The translations under genes were made by a program, and so were the position numbers. The notes under the pieces were generated by a model. That model ran no database searches, was not told the DNA's origin, and saw nothing but the letters and a program-made list of their open reading frames with translations. 64,000 nucleotides of DNA from a virus (Duplodnaviria; Caudoviricetes): the IMG/VR virus record IMGVR_UViG_3300037041_001930. The stretch is one strand, 5' to 3'. How positions within the stretch are numbered: position 1 is the first letter of the stretch; each line of letters begins with the position of its first letter. Below, in pieces: positions 26,526-36,594 of this stretch.

Positions 26526-27172
26526 GAGACCTCCAGATCTTTATTGCTGATTGTTTTTCTTATGATCCTGCCGTCCCCAGGAGTATTGGGGCCTATATCC
26601 GGAGGGAACCTAGACCGCGTCATGATCCCCAACCCGACTTCATAGTTGTCAGTACAGTGCCCACAGAGGACTCCATGCTCTAGGCGGGACCCCACACCCT
26701 CAGTGATTGTGATCCCACACACGGCGCACTCGCCTACGATGAGCTTACCTGTCAAATCGAAACACTGCTGCACATGAGGTGCTCTCCACTTGTTCTTGGA
26801 GCGTGGATGCTCGACAACACAGGCGTCCAGGAACTCCTGCGCGATCCGTGCTTGCGCATCTTCTGCTTTACGTGAGTGCTTTTTGTATTGGTCTGGTTTC
26901 GTTGGCTTCTCGGGAGCATTTTTACGCGGCCTTCCCCTAGTAACATATTTCTTGGGAGGGGTATAGTTGGGCTGCGTGTACACTGGGGGCTCATGCTTTG
27001 GCTTATACTCCGGGTAGCCATCGCCGAGTCGCTGCAGCCAGGCATCAATGCTCACCGTCTCAGCAGCATGCCTCCCATCCTCGTCGATGGCTCCCTGGGT
27101 TTTCGCCGAGCTGGCCAAGACGTTCTGAATACCGCATTCTATCTGCGCATTCAAATCTTCTTTGCTTGACAT
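26477..27172 (-). CDS. Hypothetical protein with a CxxC...CxxC zinc finger
   Basis: GGAGG SD; CAVCG...LCGHC. Confidence 0.65.
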   Translation of the reverse strand: MSSKEDLNAQIECGIQNVLASSAKTQGAIDEDGRHAAETVSIDAWLQRLGDGYPEYKPKHEPPVYTQPNYTPPKKYVTRGRPRKNAPEKPTKPDQYKKHSRKAEDAQARIAQEFLDACVVEHPRSKNKWRAPHVQQCFDLTGKLIVGECAVCGITITEGVGSRLEHGVLCGHCTDNYEVGLGIMTRSRFPPDIGPNTPGDGRIIRKTISNKDLEVSWWPHRTNPRRLAKGS

Positions 27173-27184
27173 ACAGGCCTCCTT

Positions 27185-27418
27185 TCAAGTATCCATACGC
27201 TGTATCGTGATCCCCCACTTGGCCTGAAACTCGGCTTCATCCTTAACCTGTTTTTCCAGGTTCGCCATGGCCCTCTTATCGGCCTCCATTCTGGCGAGAA
27301 TCTTGGCGCGGCGGATCATGATTTCATTGTCTGGGAGCCCCAGGTACACCCGGGGGTTCAGATTTAAGTTGTTGGACAAGATGGTTGACATAGGCACTAC
27401 AGCTATTTTTGCAGACAT
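27185..27418 (-). CDS. Small coiled-coil protein
   Basis: GGAGG SD before MSAKIAVV; C-terminal part of track ORF 27185..27865. Confidence 0.55.
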   Translation of the reverse strand: MSAKIAVVPMSTILSNNLNLNPRVYLGLPDNEIMIRRAKILARMEADKRAMANLEKQVKDEAEFQAKWGITIQRMDT

Positions 27419-27887
27419 CTTTAACCTCCTGCATCGGGATGTTGTGGTCCCAGGTGGCATGCCTGACCCAGGAACGCCACGTCGACCACGGAGTGGTGTG
27501 AACTGGTGCCGCAAAAGCCGGGTTGCCCCTGATGTTCTTATAGAACTTGATCGTGACCTGGCGCCCCTTGGTATTGACTTCGATGACGAAGCGTCGACTC
27601 GGCCCCTTGGTGAAAGTATCACCGGGTTGTGGGAACACGTTGGGATCCCGGGGTACGGGATCCTGGTTGCCCGGCTTCCACAGGGGGTAATGGGGGTCGC
27701 TGACCAGTGCCCAGCCCTCGATGTCATCGTGGAGACGATACCGGATCTTGAGATCCCGGCTGTCCCTGAGTTGGGCCTTATTCCTCGAGACGGAGACCAC
27801 ACTGAATTCAGCCCCCTTACGAGACTTCCAGACCTGACCGGGGTGGAAGCTATGAACACGTTCATCAGGTATCGATGTCAGCATCAT
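27324..27887 (-). CDS. Hypothetical protein with tandem GQVW-type small beta domains
   Basis: FHPGQVWKSRKG and PQPGDTFTKG; ATGA-coupled. Confidence 0.6.
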   Translation of the reverse strand: MMLTSIPDERVHSFHPGQVWKSRKGAEFSVVSVSRNKAQLRDSRDLKIRYRLHDDIEGWALVSDPHYPLWKPGNQDPVPRDPNVFPQPGDTFTKGPSRRFVIEVNTKGRQVTIKFYKNIRGNPAFAAPVHTTPWSTWRSWVRHATWDHNIPMQEVKDVCKNSCSAYVNHLVQQLKSEPPGVPGAPRQ

Positions 27888-28171
27888 GACTTCCTCCGGG
27901 GACCCACGAAGAAGTGATGGATGCCACTCCACTTCATGACCACACAGGGATTCCCGCAATAGACCCCCTTGTAGTACCTGACTGCCCAATCATTGCGCAG
28001 GAGGAGACCGTATTTGCGGCCATACTTGTTGGCCTCCATCCATTCCTTGAGATCCTCTTTATCCGCATACTTCACGAAGGTGCGATAAGTGATCTCGCGG
28101 GAGCTGTCATCGAAAGCGTCGACGTGACACCCGCAGGCGCCCACGCAGGTTCCAATTAGGCAGTAGCTCAT
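27884..28171 (-). CDS. Hypothetical phage protein
   Basis: ATGA-coupled to tmk; NDWAVRYYKG.Y.G.PC. Confidence 0.65.
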   Translation of the reverse strand: MSYCLIGTCVGACGCHVDAFDDSSREITYRTFVKYADKEDLKEWMEANKYGRKYGLLLRNDWAVRYYKGVYCGNPCVVMKWSGIHHFFVGPRRKS

Positions 28172-28890
28172 CTGACCTCCTCGAACTCGGCGAGCCATTG
28201 GGACGGTAGGGTCTCGTAGATCTTTTCTACGACTTCACGGGGGCTCGCCGTGCTGACATCAAGGACTGAGGTTGTAAAGGAGTGACCACTGAGATCGTGG
28301 AGCTCAATGGTGACCTGTTCGGCGCCCAGGTAACCGTCATCGACCCGACGGCGGAAGTCATCGTTCGCGGATTCAAAGCGATCCTTGCCACGATCACCGA
28401 CGAGGCGACTGCGGCGGACCTCAGGGGAAGCCCGCAGGAACACGTAGTGGATGTGCTGGGACACCGGGATGTACTTGTCGAACAGATACAGCGCAGTGGA
28501 GATCACGAGCTGTAGGGGCACCCCGTTGCCGTAACTCTGATAGGCCACCGTGCTCGGCCACAGGCGATCCATGATCACGGTGTAGCCATGGGAGAGAAGC
28601 CTGGCGGCCTCAGCCATGAGTTCAGCACGTGCTGCCAGGAATCCGAAGAACAGAGTGGGCACCTCTGCCTTCTGGTTGGGATCCAGCAGGATCGTGCGGA
28701 GCTTCTCGCCCAAGGCGGTGGTCCCAGGATCCCTGAGGATCTTCACCTTGTCCATTGAAGTCACCTTCCAGGGTGCCACACTTTGATCGATGACACACTG
28801 GGGGGTCACCAGGAACTCGGCGAGGTTGTGACATGCCAGGCTCTTGCCCGAGCCGTCTGGGCCATCCAGAATTATGAGTTTTGCAGTCAT
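28168..28890 (-). CDS. tmk: Thymidylate kinase
   Basis: LDGPDGSGKS P-loop, RDPG, DRLWPSTVAYQ, DRFE. Confidence 0.9.
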   Translation of the reverse strand: MTAKLIILDGPDGSGKSLACHNLAEFLVTPQCVIDQSVAPWKVTSMDKVKILRDPGTTALGEKLRTILLDPNQKAEVPTLFFGFLAARAELMAEAARLLSHGYTVIMDRLWPSTVAYQSYGNGVPLQLVISTALYLFDKYIPVSQHIHYVFLRASPEVRRSRLVGDRGKDRFESANDDFRRRVDDGYLGAEQVTIELHDLSGHSFTTSVLDVSTASPREVVEKIYETLPSQWLAEFEEVR

Positions 28891-29270
28891 GAAATAAAAC
28901 CTCCATGAATGAGTGGTTTGGAATAGGGACGGATCATCAGAGGTGCAGTCTTTACTCCAACGATGTGCATTCGCAAGGCGAGATGCTGGGGGCGGAACGT
29001 GACGACGCCACCGTTGTGGCGGTAACACGCCGGTCTCTTGTAACGCGTGAAACTGATGAAGACACCGGCCTCAGTACGCTCGATGGCGTAATGGGTGAGG
29101 TGATGATCAGGACGGGGACCCAGGGCACGCTGGATGCGATCCGCAGTGGGGCTGAGATCGGCGCCTTCAATCCAGGCCTTGGCGGCCTCATGGATCACGT
29201 AGTCGTTGATATCACCGGTGGCCACGCAACACGCCCCGGTGTCCTCTGCACGAATAACAACCGAATTCAT
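28887..29270 (-). CDS. Hypothetical protein
   Basis: GGAGG SD; ATGA-coupled to tmk. Confidence 0.6.
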   Translation of the reverse strand: MNSVVIRAEDTGACCVATGDINDYVIHEAAKAWIEGADLSPTADRIQRALGPRPDHHLTHYAIERTEAGVFISFTRYKRPACYRHNGGVVTFRPQHLALRMHIVGVKTAPLMIRPYSKPLIHGGFIS

Positions 29271-29346
29271 AGTACCTCCCTGAATAAAAAGAAACGTCGG
29301 TGTACTGAGTACACCGACGTCGTGGGACATCTAATTAAAGACGGCC

Positions 29347-29688
29347 TCAAAACTTCGTGGTCGCCGGGGCTCCTACCTGTGGGGGTTCCGCCTCGGCTTT
29401 TTCTTTTTCCTCGGCATCAGCGCCGACTTCGGGGACTTTAATGCCGGCGGCTGCAAAGGAAGTCGACAGGGCATCCACCAGGGGCTCTTCCTTGGTGAAC
29501 GTGGCACCGTGCTTGATATGCAGGACGACCTGCTTGCCACCATCAAGGGTGAGCAACAGGGTGTTGGCGTTGAGGAACGAGAAGCGACCTTGCAGCAGGG
29601 CGACACGAGCCGAGGCCTCGCAGACCTCAATGTTATTGGGGGTGCGGCCACCGGGGTTCAGGGTACCGGTACGCAGAAAGTTGATCAT
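29347..29688 (-). CDS. Hypothetical protein
   Basis: GGAG SD before MINFLRTG; the track's TTG start is the promoter motif itself. Confidence 0.6.
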   Translation of the reverse strand: MINFLRTGTLNPGGRTPNNIEVCEASARVALLQGRFSFLNANTLLLTLDGGKQVVLHIKHGATFTKEEPLVDALSTSFAAAGIKVPEVGADAEEKEKAEAEPPQVGAPATTKF

Positions 29689-29745
29689 GTTGACTCCAGG
29701 GTGTTGTGCTGTCTTGCAGCGGGTGATGTCAGGATTCTGTAGCGG

Positions 29746-29760
29746 TTTACTCTCAGTCAA
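29746..29760 (-). promoter_or_regulatory. TTGACT-N3-AGTAAA motif
   Basis: Minus strand TTGACT-GAG-AGTAAA, directly after a hairpin at the ruvA stop. Confidence 0.6.
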
Positions 29761-29776
29761 GCCCCTCTGCGGGGGC

Positions 29777-30355
29777 TCATTTCCTCGCCTTACTGATCAG
29801 AGACTGGGCGATAAAGTTGGCGTCTCGTCCCGGGTTACTCAGAACCACATCCTTGATCTCACCGATGTCGAAACGTGCGCCGAGTCCGAGTGCCGAGAGA
29901 ATAGCATAGACCGCTGAAGTCGTCTGGTCGTATTGGAGATTCTCACGGGATTGGAATCGCACCTGAAGGGAGTCCACGAGTTTCTTGGCACCCGTGGGTC
30001 CAAACCCCTTAGTGATCTTCGCCAACGCGGCGACATCACCATTGGCAACCGCAGCGATGACCACTGCGGCGTCGACTGCGGTGGCCAAGCGATGTGCAGT
30101 CTTCGCTCCGATGCCGTCGACGTCCATGAGCTCTAAGGCAAGACGTCGAGAATCATATGTGTTGAACCCGAAGAGCACCTGCGACTTCTCAGTGAAGTGA
30201 TGGTAAATCCAATAGGAGGCGTCTCGCCCACACTGGGCGAGGTCTCCGTTGGTGTCGTGGATGGGGCGCACGAGGGCATAACCGATGTCCCCTGTACGCA
30301 AAACTACTTCAGTGGGGTTCACGGCGATGACACGTCCTAAGATATTGGCAATCAT
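29777..30355 (-). CDS. ruvA: Holliday junction branch-migration protein RuvA
   Basis: MIA.L.G...GIGY, LFGF, HhH VDGIGAKTA, GFGPTGAKKL, AILSALG. Confidence 0.9.
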   Translation of the reverse strand: MIANILGRVIAVNPTEVVLRTGDIGYALVRPIHDTNGDLAQCGRDASYWIYHHFTEKSQVLFGFNTYDSRRLALELMDVDGIGAKTAHRLATAVDAAVVIAAVANGDVAALAKITKGFGPTGAKKLVDSLQVRFQSRENLQYDQTTSAVYAILSALGLGARFDIGEIKDVVLSNPGRDANFIAQSLISKARK

Positions 30356-30359
30356 GTTT

Positions 30360-30914
30360 TCACCAGGGTTTGTTGAGGTGGTTGGCATTGGCGGGGCGGC
30401 TGACCAGCTCGCCCTTCAGGAAGTCGGATCCATTGGAGCCCATGTTGTTGCACGGCACCTCGAGGAAGTCGTCGAGGTTGGCATCAATGAGGCGCAGTGC
30501 CCTGGCAGCATACCGCAGGGCTCCACGCGAGGACACCGAGTTGCACTGGAAAATGGGGCAATAAACGCCATGCAGTCTAGCTTCCAGTATAAAACTTTCG
30601 TCACTGCACCCCTGCGATTCGCGCAGTTCCGCCCAGAAACTCTTCGGCTGATATTGCCGAAGTGCGATGTACACCAAAGCGTTATATGGGTACTTGTCTG
30701 GTCGCGCATGTGAACGCGGGTTTCCAATTTGACTCACCTCAATCCCTGCCACGACAGGCTCGCCATTTACATTGTTACATGGGCGCAGGACCCCTGCGTA
30801 ATAATAATCGCTGCCGCAATCATATGTGCACCGCACCTTCCAGGGGTGTGCTGGAAGTGGGCCGAGTTCCTCGATGAGGTTGGTGTACCGGATGTCAGGG
30901 ATGGTTGTTGGCAT
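30360..30914 (-). CDS. Hypothetical protein
   Basis: MPTTIPDIRY start; co-oriented. Confidence 0.65.
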   Translation of the reverse strand: MPTTIPDIRYTNLIEELGPLPAHPWKVRCTYDCGSDYYYAGVLRPCNNVNGEPVVAGIEVSQIGNPRSHARPDKYPYNALVYIALRQYQPKSFWAELRESQGCSDESFILEARLHGVYCPIFQCNSVSSRGALRYAARALRLIDANLDDFLEVPCNNMGSNGSDFLKGELVSRPANANHLNKPW

Positions 30915-31593
30915 TGTCGGCTCCCTTGTCGCTATGGCCGCGGAGGAACTCCTCGGCGGTGTCTGGTGCTTTGAACTTGGTGTCGGACTGGATGTCGTGG
31001 AGGATATCAATGGCATACCCATTGATCGTGGCGCTGATGGTCCCGTTGGTGGGGGTAGTATCAACTACCAAATGCACCAAGTGCTGGATAGGGAACCTGA
31101 CCTCGGGGTGCCGCCGGTACATGGAGGCTATCACTACGTTGCGCATCAAGCCATGAATTGTGGTGATCGTCGCAGCGGCGAGAAGACGAAACAATACACT
31201 TGGGGTAGTCTCTTTCATTGCGTCGAAGACACCCTTGGCTTCGGGTTCGGCATCGATGTGTGCCAGGAGCATACGCATCATTGAAATCAGATCCTGAGTC
31301 GCCGCGAAGTCTTCACCTGGGGAAGACGAGTCAGCGATATCCATGACACCTGCGAGCTCTTCGACCTGCGCGACATGACTCGAATGGATACTCGAAGGGG
31401 GTCTCTCTGAAAAGCGCTGGGAGACCCGCTCATTAACAAACGAATAAACGGTTTCATCAGCCTCCCGTTGCCTTATGGCCACGAACAGGCTTCTCGTGGC
31501 GATCAGAGATGTGAGCTCGCGCCGCGCCTGGGCGTCGAGCTCGATGGGACCAATGGGGAACAAGCGTTGGAGATCGCTGAGACTTGGAATCAT
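30895..31593 (-). CDS. Hypothetical protein
   Basis: 232 aa; ATGA-coupled. Confidence 0.65.
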   Translation of the reverse strand: MIPSLSDLQRLFPIGPIELDAQARRELTSLIATRSLFVAIRQREADETVYSFVNERVSQRFSERPPSSIHSSHVAQVEELAGVMDIADSSSPGEDFAATQDLISMMRMLLAHIDAEPEAKGVFDAMKETTPSVLFRLLAAATITTIHGLMRNVVIASMYRRHPEVRFPIQHLVHLVVDTTPTNGTISATINGYAIDILHDIQSDTKFKAPDTAEEFLRGHSDKGADNANNHP

Positions 31594-32891
31594 AACGGGA
31601 TTCCTTTCTTTGTTTTCTGATACGCGTTGACCAACCTGATGATCTCACTAACGGCGGCGTGGGAACTCTGGGTTCTCGCCGCGGAGTTCATGACCATGGC
31701 CAACAAGACCAGGACATGATCGTTGAGCATGGAGTGCTCTTGTATCCCCGGGGCCTGGACTCCCATAGCCTTAGCGGTGTGGGCCTGGATTCGGGCAAGC
31801 ATGAAGTCGCGGATATTCACGGCGTCTCGGGTGCGCCCGTTGTCCTTGAGGATCTCGAGCCCCCCTTTATCGGTTACCGCGACGATGACATCGCGTTCAC
31901 GACGCAGGGACTCAGCGATGCGATCCACGGTATCCGCATGCAGGGCCTTCATGGCTACAACAAAGGCAGGGACGAGTTCCGTGTTCGCATTGGACTCCAT
32001 TGCGAACTCACCGGGTTCAGTCCACCCCAGCGAGGCCCGTGCGAAGATGCCCCCCTTGGCGAGGTGCTCCATGTACTGCTTCGTGGGCCACGTCCTGGGT
32101 TGATCGGGTTCCCGGAGGATCTCGAGGCGCTCCAAGAGCACCTGGGTGCAGAAGTCGTAATCGATGTCCTCGATGACGTGACCGATGTGCTGGCCCAGGT
32201 TGTAACGCCAGCTCTCGAGGACGGTCTCGGGGTTGATGCAGTGGGGGACCCACCACGACCACATCGCGATACCCAGGAGGTTCAGGTACTGGGCTACAAA
32301 TGCTGCCCAGGGGGTCTCATAGCCGTATTCATTATTACCGAAGTACCCGAATACTGACTGACAACTCCGGAGACCCGAGCAGTCGGTTTCCCAGTACCCG
32401 GCCTGCCAGTCCGAGAGCAGGTATAGCCGGGAGTTGTCTTGACTCGCGGATTCCCAGTTGAGCTCCCAGTAATCCTTTTTGTTGCCACGCCGCTTCGAGG
32501 ACCAGTAACAACTGAATCTATCGAAGCGCTTCCCGTAGTCGCTGAGAATATCGGAGTCCCGGAGATCACGGGTGAGGCGTTCCTGGACATCGTAGAGGAG
32601 CCCATAGAAGTGGTCGTTATTCCCAATCTTACCACAGTGTTTCTGGACATCGGGGTAGCTGCGTGGCTCCATGTTCACCTTGAGTGCGTAGACACTCTTA
32701 CGATTCGCATGGAACTCGGTGAGGCCGGCAACACATGAATCAATGAATGACTTGGTGTCCGCGTTGAGCCCGCCGTCTTCGTCGTGCCCGAACCCCAGGG
32801 ACTTCAGGAAGTCCTCGGTGATCGGGTCAGTTTCTGATGCGGGCAGCCAGGGCTTCAGGCCTGCCCAGTCCTGGATTTCAAGTGTGTTCAT
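31590..32891 (-). CDS. Hypothetical protein
   Basis: 433 aa; ATGA-coupled at both ends. Confidence 0.75.
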   Translation of the reverse strand: MNTLEIQDWAGLKPWLPASETDPITEDFLKSLGFGHDEDGGLNADTKSFIDSCVAGLTEFHANRKSVYALKVNMEPRSYPDVQKHCGKIGNNDHFYGLLYDVQERLTRDLRDSDILSDYGKRFDRFSCYWSSKRRGNKKDYWELNWESASQDNSRLYLLSDWQAGYWETDCSGLRSCQSVFGYFGNNEYGYETPWAAFVAQYLNLLGIAMWSWWVPHCINPETVLESWRYNLGQHIGHVIEDIDYDFCTQVLLERLEILREPDQPRTWPTKQYMEHLAKGGIFARASLGWTEPGEFAMESNANTELVPAFVVAMKALHADTVDRIAESLRRERDVIVAVTDKGGLEILKDNGRTRDAVNIRDFMLARIQAHTAKAMGVQAPGIQEHSMLNDHVLVLLAMVMNSAARTQSSHAAVSEIIRLVNAYQKTKKGIPL

Positions 32892-33406
32892 GCGATCTCC
32901 CCTCTCAGGTTGTAATCGGATCGTCCAATGTAGGCGACACCGCCATCAGCGTTCTCGAACACCCAGAAGTTATGGTTGAGCCCACTCACGATGCCAAGCC
33001 GGGATTCATAGAAGACATCGGGGAGGCATCGGATATTACTCACCGCGATTCTGGTGTGGGGGAGTCCCCCGGGGCCATGGCGGAGGCGGACAACTCGTGT
33101 AGCGGAACCCTCGTACCCAAGGTACTCGATTCCTGGTTTATTGGTCTCAATAAACTTGTCAGAGCTTCGCATCTTCTTACGCATATACTTCAGAGTTACA
33201 TCGGTCCATGCCACTGGATTGGCCTGGCAGTCCAGAATGCAGACGAGCAGTGGCCAGAGCCGAAAGGGAACACTGCCTAGGATGCCCAACTTAATCGGCT
33301 TCTGGAGTAAGGTGACGACGCCATCGCTGTTCCCGAACTCTGTCGGGAACCCGGGGACATCGGGGAGATCTGTTTCAGTGTTACGAATCCAATCGGGAAG
33401 ACTCAT
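32888..33406 (-). CDS. Hypothetical protein
   Basis: 172 aa; ATGA-coupled. Confidence 0.7.
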   Translation of the reverse strand: MSLPDWIRNTETDLPDVPGFPTEFGNSDGVVTLLQKPIKLGILGSVPFRLWPLLVCILDCQANPVAWTDVTLKYMRKKMRSSDKFIETNKPGIEYLGYEGSATRVVRLRHGPGGLPHTRIAVSNIRCLPDVFYESRLGIVSGLNHNFWVFENADGGVAYIGRSDYNLRGEIA

Positions 33407-33723
33407 CTGACCCCCTTATAGGTGAAGTACACCTTGTTCTTGTGGATGCTTGTCTTGATGTCGGGGTGGTCGCGCAAAAACTTGTCGATGGCACCCCATC
33501 CGCACTTGAGGTGCAGGCCCTGCAGGTACCCCATAGACACCGGACGCTTGGCGATGCGGACCTCCTCGAAGGCCCGCTGGAGGTCGTGCACGAAGACCTC
33601 GACACGCCGGTGTGCATACTCGCTCTCCCTGGACTGGAAGGAATCGAAGACGTTCATGGCAACCCTTGCAGCACTCTCTGGGGTGACCTCTGGCACATCT
33701 GGGTTCTTGTCGACTTGGTTCAT
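33403..33723 (-). CDS. Hypothetical protein
   Basis: 106 aa; ATGA-coupled. Confidence 0.7.
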   Translation of the reverse strand: MNQVDKNPDVPEVTPESAARVAMNVFDSFQSRESEYAHRRVEVFVHDLQRAFEEVRIAKRPVSMGYLQGLHLKCGWGAIDKFLRDHPDIKTSIHKNKVYFTYKGVR

Positions 33724-34931
33724 AGGTGCCCCGCTGATAGTAAAGTGATTGTGGTCTCACGGACACGATCCGGGAGATCTTTCCAGCGCACGTGGCGCTG
33801 GTGCTCAAAGCAATGCGATGCCATATTCGTCGTGATCTCCACGGTAACCCCCTTGCCGTGATCCCGCAACACGTAGCCCACGAGATCCCCTGGATTCGTG
33901 GGTTTCCCGAAATCATGAGACGTCGGGGTCCTGAGGAGGTAGACACTGGGGTCGTAATCGGAGACCAGGAGTGTGGCGTTCACGGGCTCGAGGTCCGGCA
34001 ACAAGGCCTTCTCGATATCCTCCAGAGAAGGCTGACGTTGAGCGTGGCCGGCGTCATCGATCTCGATTTTATCATCGAGCTGCCGGCGGGGGTCGTCGGA
34101 GTATCGTGTGGACTCGAGGAGCAACCGCATTGGCTTCTCGGGCATCCCGGCCCACTCCGACAACGTGGTCAGGTGATCCTCGACGACTTCATCCCAGATC
34201 TTGTCCTTGGCCCTGCACTCGGCCTCAGAGAACGCGAGGTCATCGAGGATGGGGTAGTTCTCCAGGGATCCCTTGATCTCGAGAAGTGTCTTGACCACAA
34301 GGTATGTGTGGACCTTACCATCATAATTGTTGGCGATGCAGACGTAGAGGCTGTTATCAGAATACGTGTAGATGTCAAATGCCTTTTCACGAAGATCGTT
34401 TAACGTCTTCATGACTGCGTCATAGTTGACCCTGCCAGCAATAGAATTCCGGGTACAGATATGGTCTGGCATAAATCGAATCCAGAACCCGGTTTCCAAT
34501 ATGTTTGCAGTCGAAGGCCTCGGGGTCACTTTATCTGGGGCAGCCCCCTCGAACTCTTCGTCACCATCCATCTTAACCTTCATCGAGGCGAGGTCCCCAA
34601 TCTTGTTCAGGAAGTCGCTATCGAGATCATGAAATGAAGGTGGGCGTTCTCGTGTGACGTAAATGAACTTATTGTTCTTGACCTCTCCGTAATTCGGTGC
34701 TGTGGGCTCCGGCCAGCCATCAAATGGCTTCTCGCCCTCGGAGAGGGCTTCGAGGCTCTCGCGCCAGGCTAGATCCCGGGAGATCGAAGGTTTGAACTTG
34801 CCTTCACAGCTCGGGCACCCCATGCCACGGATGAGCTGGTCATAGGAATGCCAGGGGAGATCGGAATGCGTGAAGTGGAGGCCCCCGGTGCTATCCCAGG
34901 GTTCCCCACACCGGCAAATAATGTCGGCCAT
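33720..34931 (-). CDS. Hypothetical protein with an N-terminal Cys metal-binding motif
   Basis: ICRCGEPWD...GCPSCEG. Confidence 0.75.
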   Translation of the reverse strand: MADIICRCGEPWDSTGGLHFTHSDLPWHSYDQLIRGMGCPSCEGKFKPSISRDLAWRESLEALSEGEKPFDGWPEPTAPNYGEVKNNKFIYVTRERPPSFHDLDSDFLNKIGDLASMKVKMDGDEEFEGAAPDKVTPRPSTANILETGFWIRFMPDHICTRNSIAGRVNYDAVMKTLNDLREKAFDIYTYSDNSLYVCIANNYDGKVHTYLVVKTLLEIKGSLENYPILDDLAFSEAECRAKDKIWDEVVEDHLTTLSEWAGMPEKPMRLLLESTRYSDDPRRQLDDKIEIDDAGHAQRQPSLEDIEKALLPDLEPVNATLLVSDYDPSVYLLRTPTSHDFGKPTNPGDLVGYVLRDHGKGVTVEITTNMASHCFEHQRHVRWKDLPDRVRETTITLLSAGHL

Positions 34932-34958
34932 AATGGCTCCTCTGTCTCGACATGGAGA

Positions 34959-35105
34959 CTATTTCTTGGATTGGAATCCCCGAACGGCCTCCAGAGGCCA
35001 CTTCAGGGCGTGGATGACACGTTCCCCGGAACTCATGGTTTCCGGGGACTTGGCGTAGGCGATGCCGACACCGATGAGATAGACCACAATGAGGATATCA
35101 ATCAT
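34959..35105 (-). CDS. 48-aa membrane peptide (MIDILIVVYLIGVGIAYAK...LKWPL)
   Basis: Manually translated; GAGGA SD; fills the gap; absent from the track. Confidence 0.6.
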   Translation of the reverse strand: MIDILIVVYLIGVGIAYAKSPETMSSGERVIHALKWPLEAVRGFQSKK

Positions 35106-35784
35106 GGGATTCCTCGTCACGTAACACGGGTTCTAGGAGATCATGGATCAGGGCGTCCAACTGGGAGCTCACATAACCATGGACCACTCTGACGTAGCCA
35201 TGGTTGATCTTCTTGGCCCCGAAGTGGTCGACGCCATATAGGTGGACGTCAAACTCGCGAGTATCATGGAAGTCCTGGTCACGTAACCAGGACTCCAAGC
35301 TATCGAGGTCCACTGGTGGTATCAGTGCCCTGCGGAGGAACTCGTCAAGTGGGATATTAGAACGTGTGTCGTGCGAAGGTGTCCCGATGAGAACCCCATA
35401 TCGCTTATGGTGTTCTGCGATGTTCTCCATGACGATATCGGCGACGTGCTCCCATCCCTTCTTGGTATCCCGTGGGCGGTGGTCGTCGTAGACCTGCCAG
35501 GCCTCGAGACGGACATTGGGGACCCCAAACGTGGGGGTAATCGCGAAGACTCGTGTGGTCGTCTTCTTGTTCGAGATTTGAGAAGTCACGATGTCATGCC
35601 GCAGAAATGCGGGCAAGTCATCAATGCACACGGGTGGGAACAATGCCGCTGCCTTAATGCGATCTGGATTCATGTCCTTTATGGGCAGCTTGTCAAAGGA
35701 ATCAATGACCACGGCATATTTCGTCAGGGGTTCTCGTGAGGTGTCATCACACATGGTTAGGCCTCCTCGGTGCAGGGTGAACAC
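35098..35784 (-). CDS. Hypothetical protein
   Basis: Co-oriented; probable start at MCDDTS (GGAGG SD). Confidence 0.65.
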   Translation of the reverse strand: MFTLHRGGLTMCDDTSREPLTKYAVVIDSFDKLPIKDMNPDRIKAAALFPPVCIDDLPAFLRHDIVTSQISNKKTTTRVFAITPTFGVPNVRLEAWQVYDDHRPRDTKKGWEHVADIVMENIAEHHKRYGVLIGTPSHDTRSNIPLDEFLRRALIPPVDLDSLESWLRDQDFHDTREFDVHLYGVDHFGAKKINHGYVRVVHGYVSSQLDALIHDLLEPVLRDEESHD

Positions 35785-36227
35785 GCGGTAACCTCGCCTT
35801 GGTCGACGCAGACATAGTAGGTGCCGTGGGTCTTATTGTGGAGATAGAACTCGTTGCTGACCCCGGTCTCGGGACCAGTCACGGTAGCCCACTTCGTCTT
35901 GTTCGGGGCTCCAGACGCCGAGCGAACCGCGGCGAGAGCCTTGTCGTAGTCCGATGACCCCTCGGGGGCCTTATCAAGGATCTCACGGGTGACTTCATGC
36001 CACTCCGAGTTCACGAATGCGAAGCACACCGCGTACTCACAAGATGGACACTTGATGTTGGCCTTGTGTTGGCCTCGCTTTCCAGCGGTGCCCAGTGAAC
36101 CCACCCCAATGGGTACCATGCCCCAAATCAGGGCGCCATAGGGTATCTTCGTGGTATGAATCTTCGGAAGCGTGCCGGGCTCAGCCCCCAGAGGTGGACG
36201 GCGGGGATCTGTATGCTTTTCAGTCAT
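35757..36227 (-). CDS. Hypothetical protein with CxxC motif
   Basis: KCPSCEYAVC; start MTEKH overlaps the upstream stop. Confidence 0.55.
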   Translation of the reverse strand: MTEKHTDPRRPPLGAEPGTLPKIHTTKIPYGALIWGMVPIGVGSLGTAGKRGQHKANIKCPSCEYAVCFAFVNSEWHEVTREILDKAPEGSSDYDKALAAVRSASGAPNKTKWATVTGPETGVSNEFYLHNKTHGTYYVCVDQGEVTACSPCTEEA

Positions 36228-36594
36228 CTTCGACCTCTTCCTCGTCGGCGAGATCATCGCAGACGGCAGCACTGGTTTGTTCTTCGATGTCATCCTGGCA
36301 GGACGAGCACAACTTCTGCGCCTTCTCCTCGGGGATGAACTCGCACCCGCAGGACTGGCACTCTGTCTTCACGTCCTTCCAAGCACAGGGGCAGCCGCGC
36401 TCATGACAGACCACCCCGTTGATACTGGCGAGCACACAGCTATCGCAGCTCAGGCTGGCAGCGTATTTATCCTTCATGGCGATTTGGGCACCTCGGATGG
36501 TGTCGAACTCCTGCTTGATCAGGCTACCATCCTCGTCGGTGTACGACGCTTTAATCATGTGGACTCCGTTTCTCCTTGCAATTATAGCATACAA
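36220..36594 (-). CDS. Cys-rich zinc-binding hypothetical protein
   Basis: CDSC...CHERGCP...CQSCG...CSSC. Confidence 0.7.
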   Translation of the reverse strand: MYAIIARRNGVHMIKASYTDEDGSLIKQEFDTIRGAQIAMKDKYAASLSCDSCVLASINGVVCHERGCPCAWKDVKTECQSCGCEFIPEEKAQKLCSSCQDDIEEQTSAAVCDDLADEEEVEDD

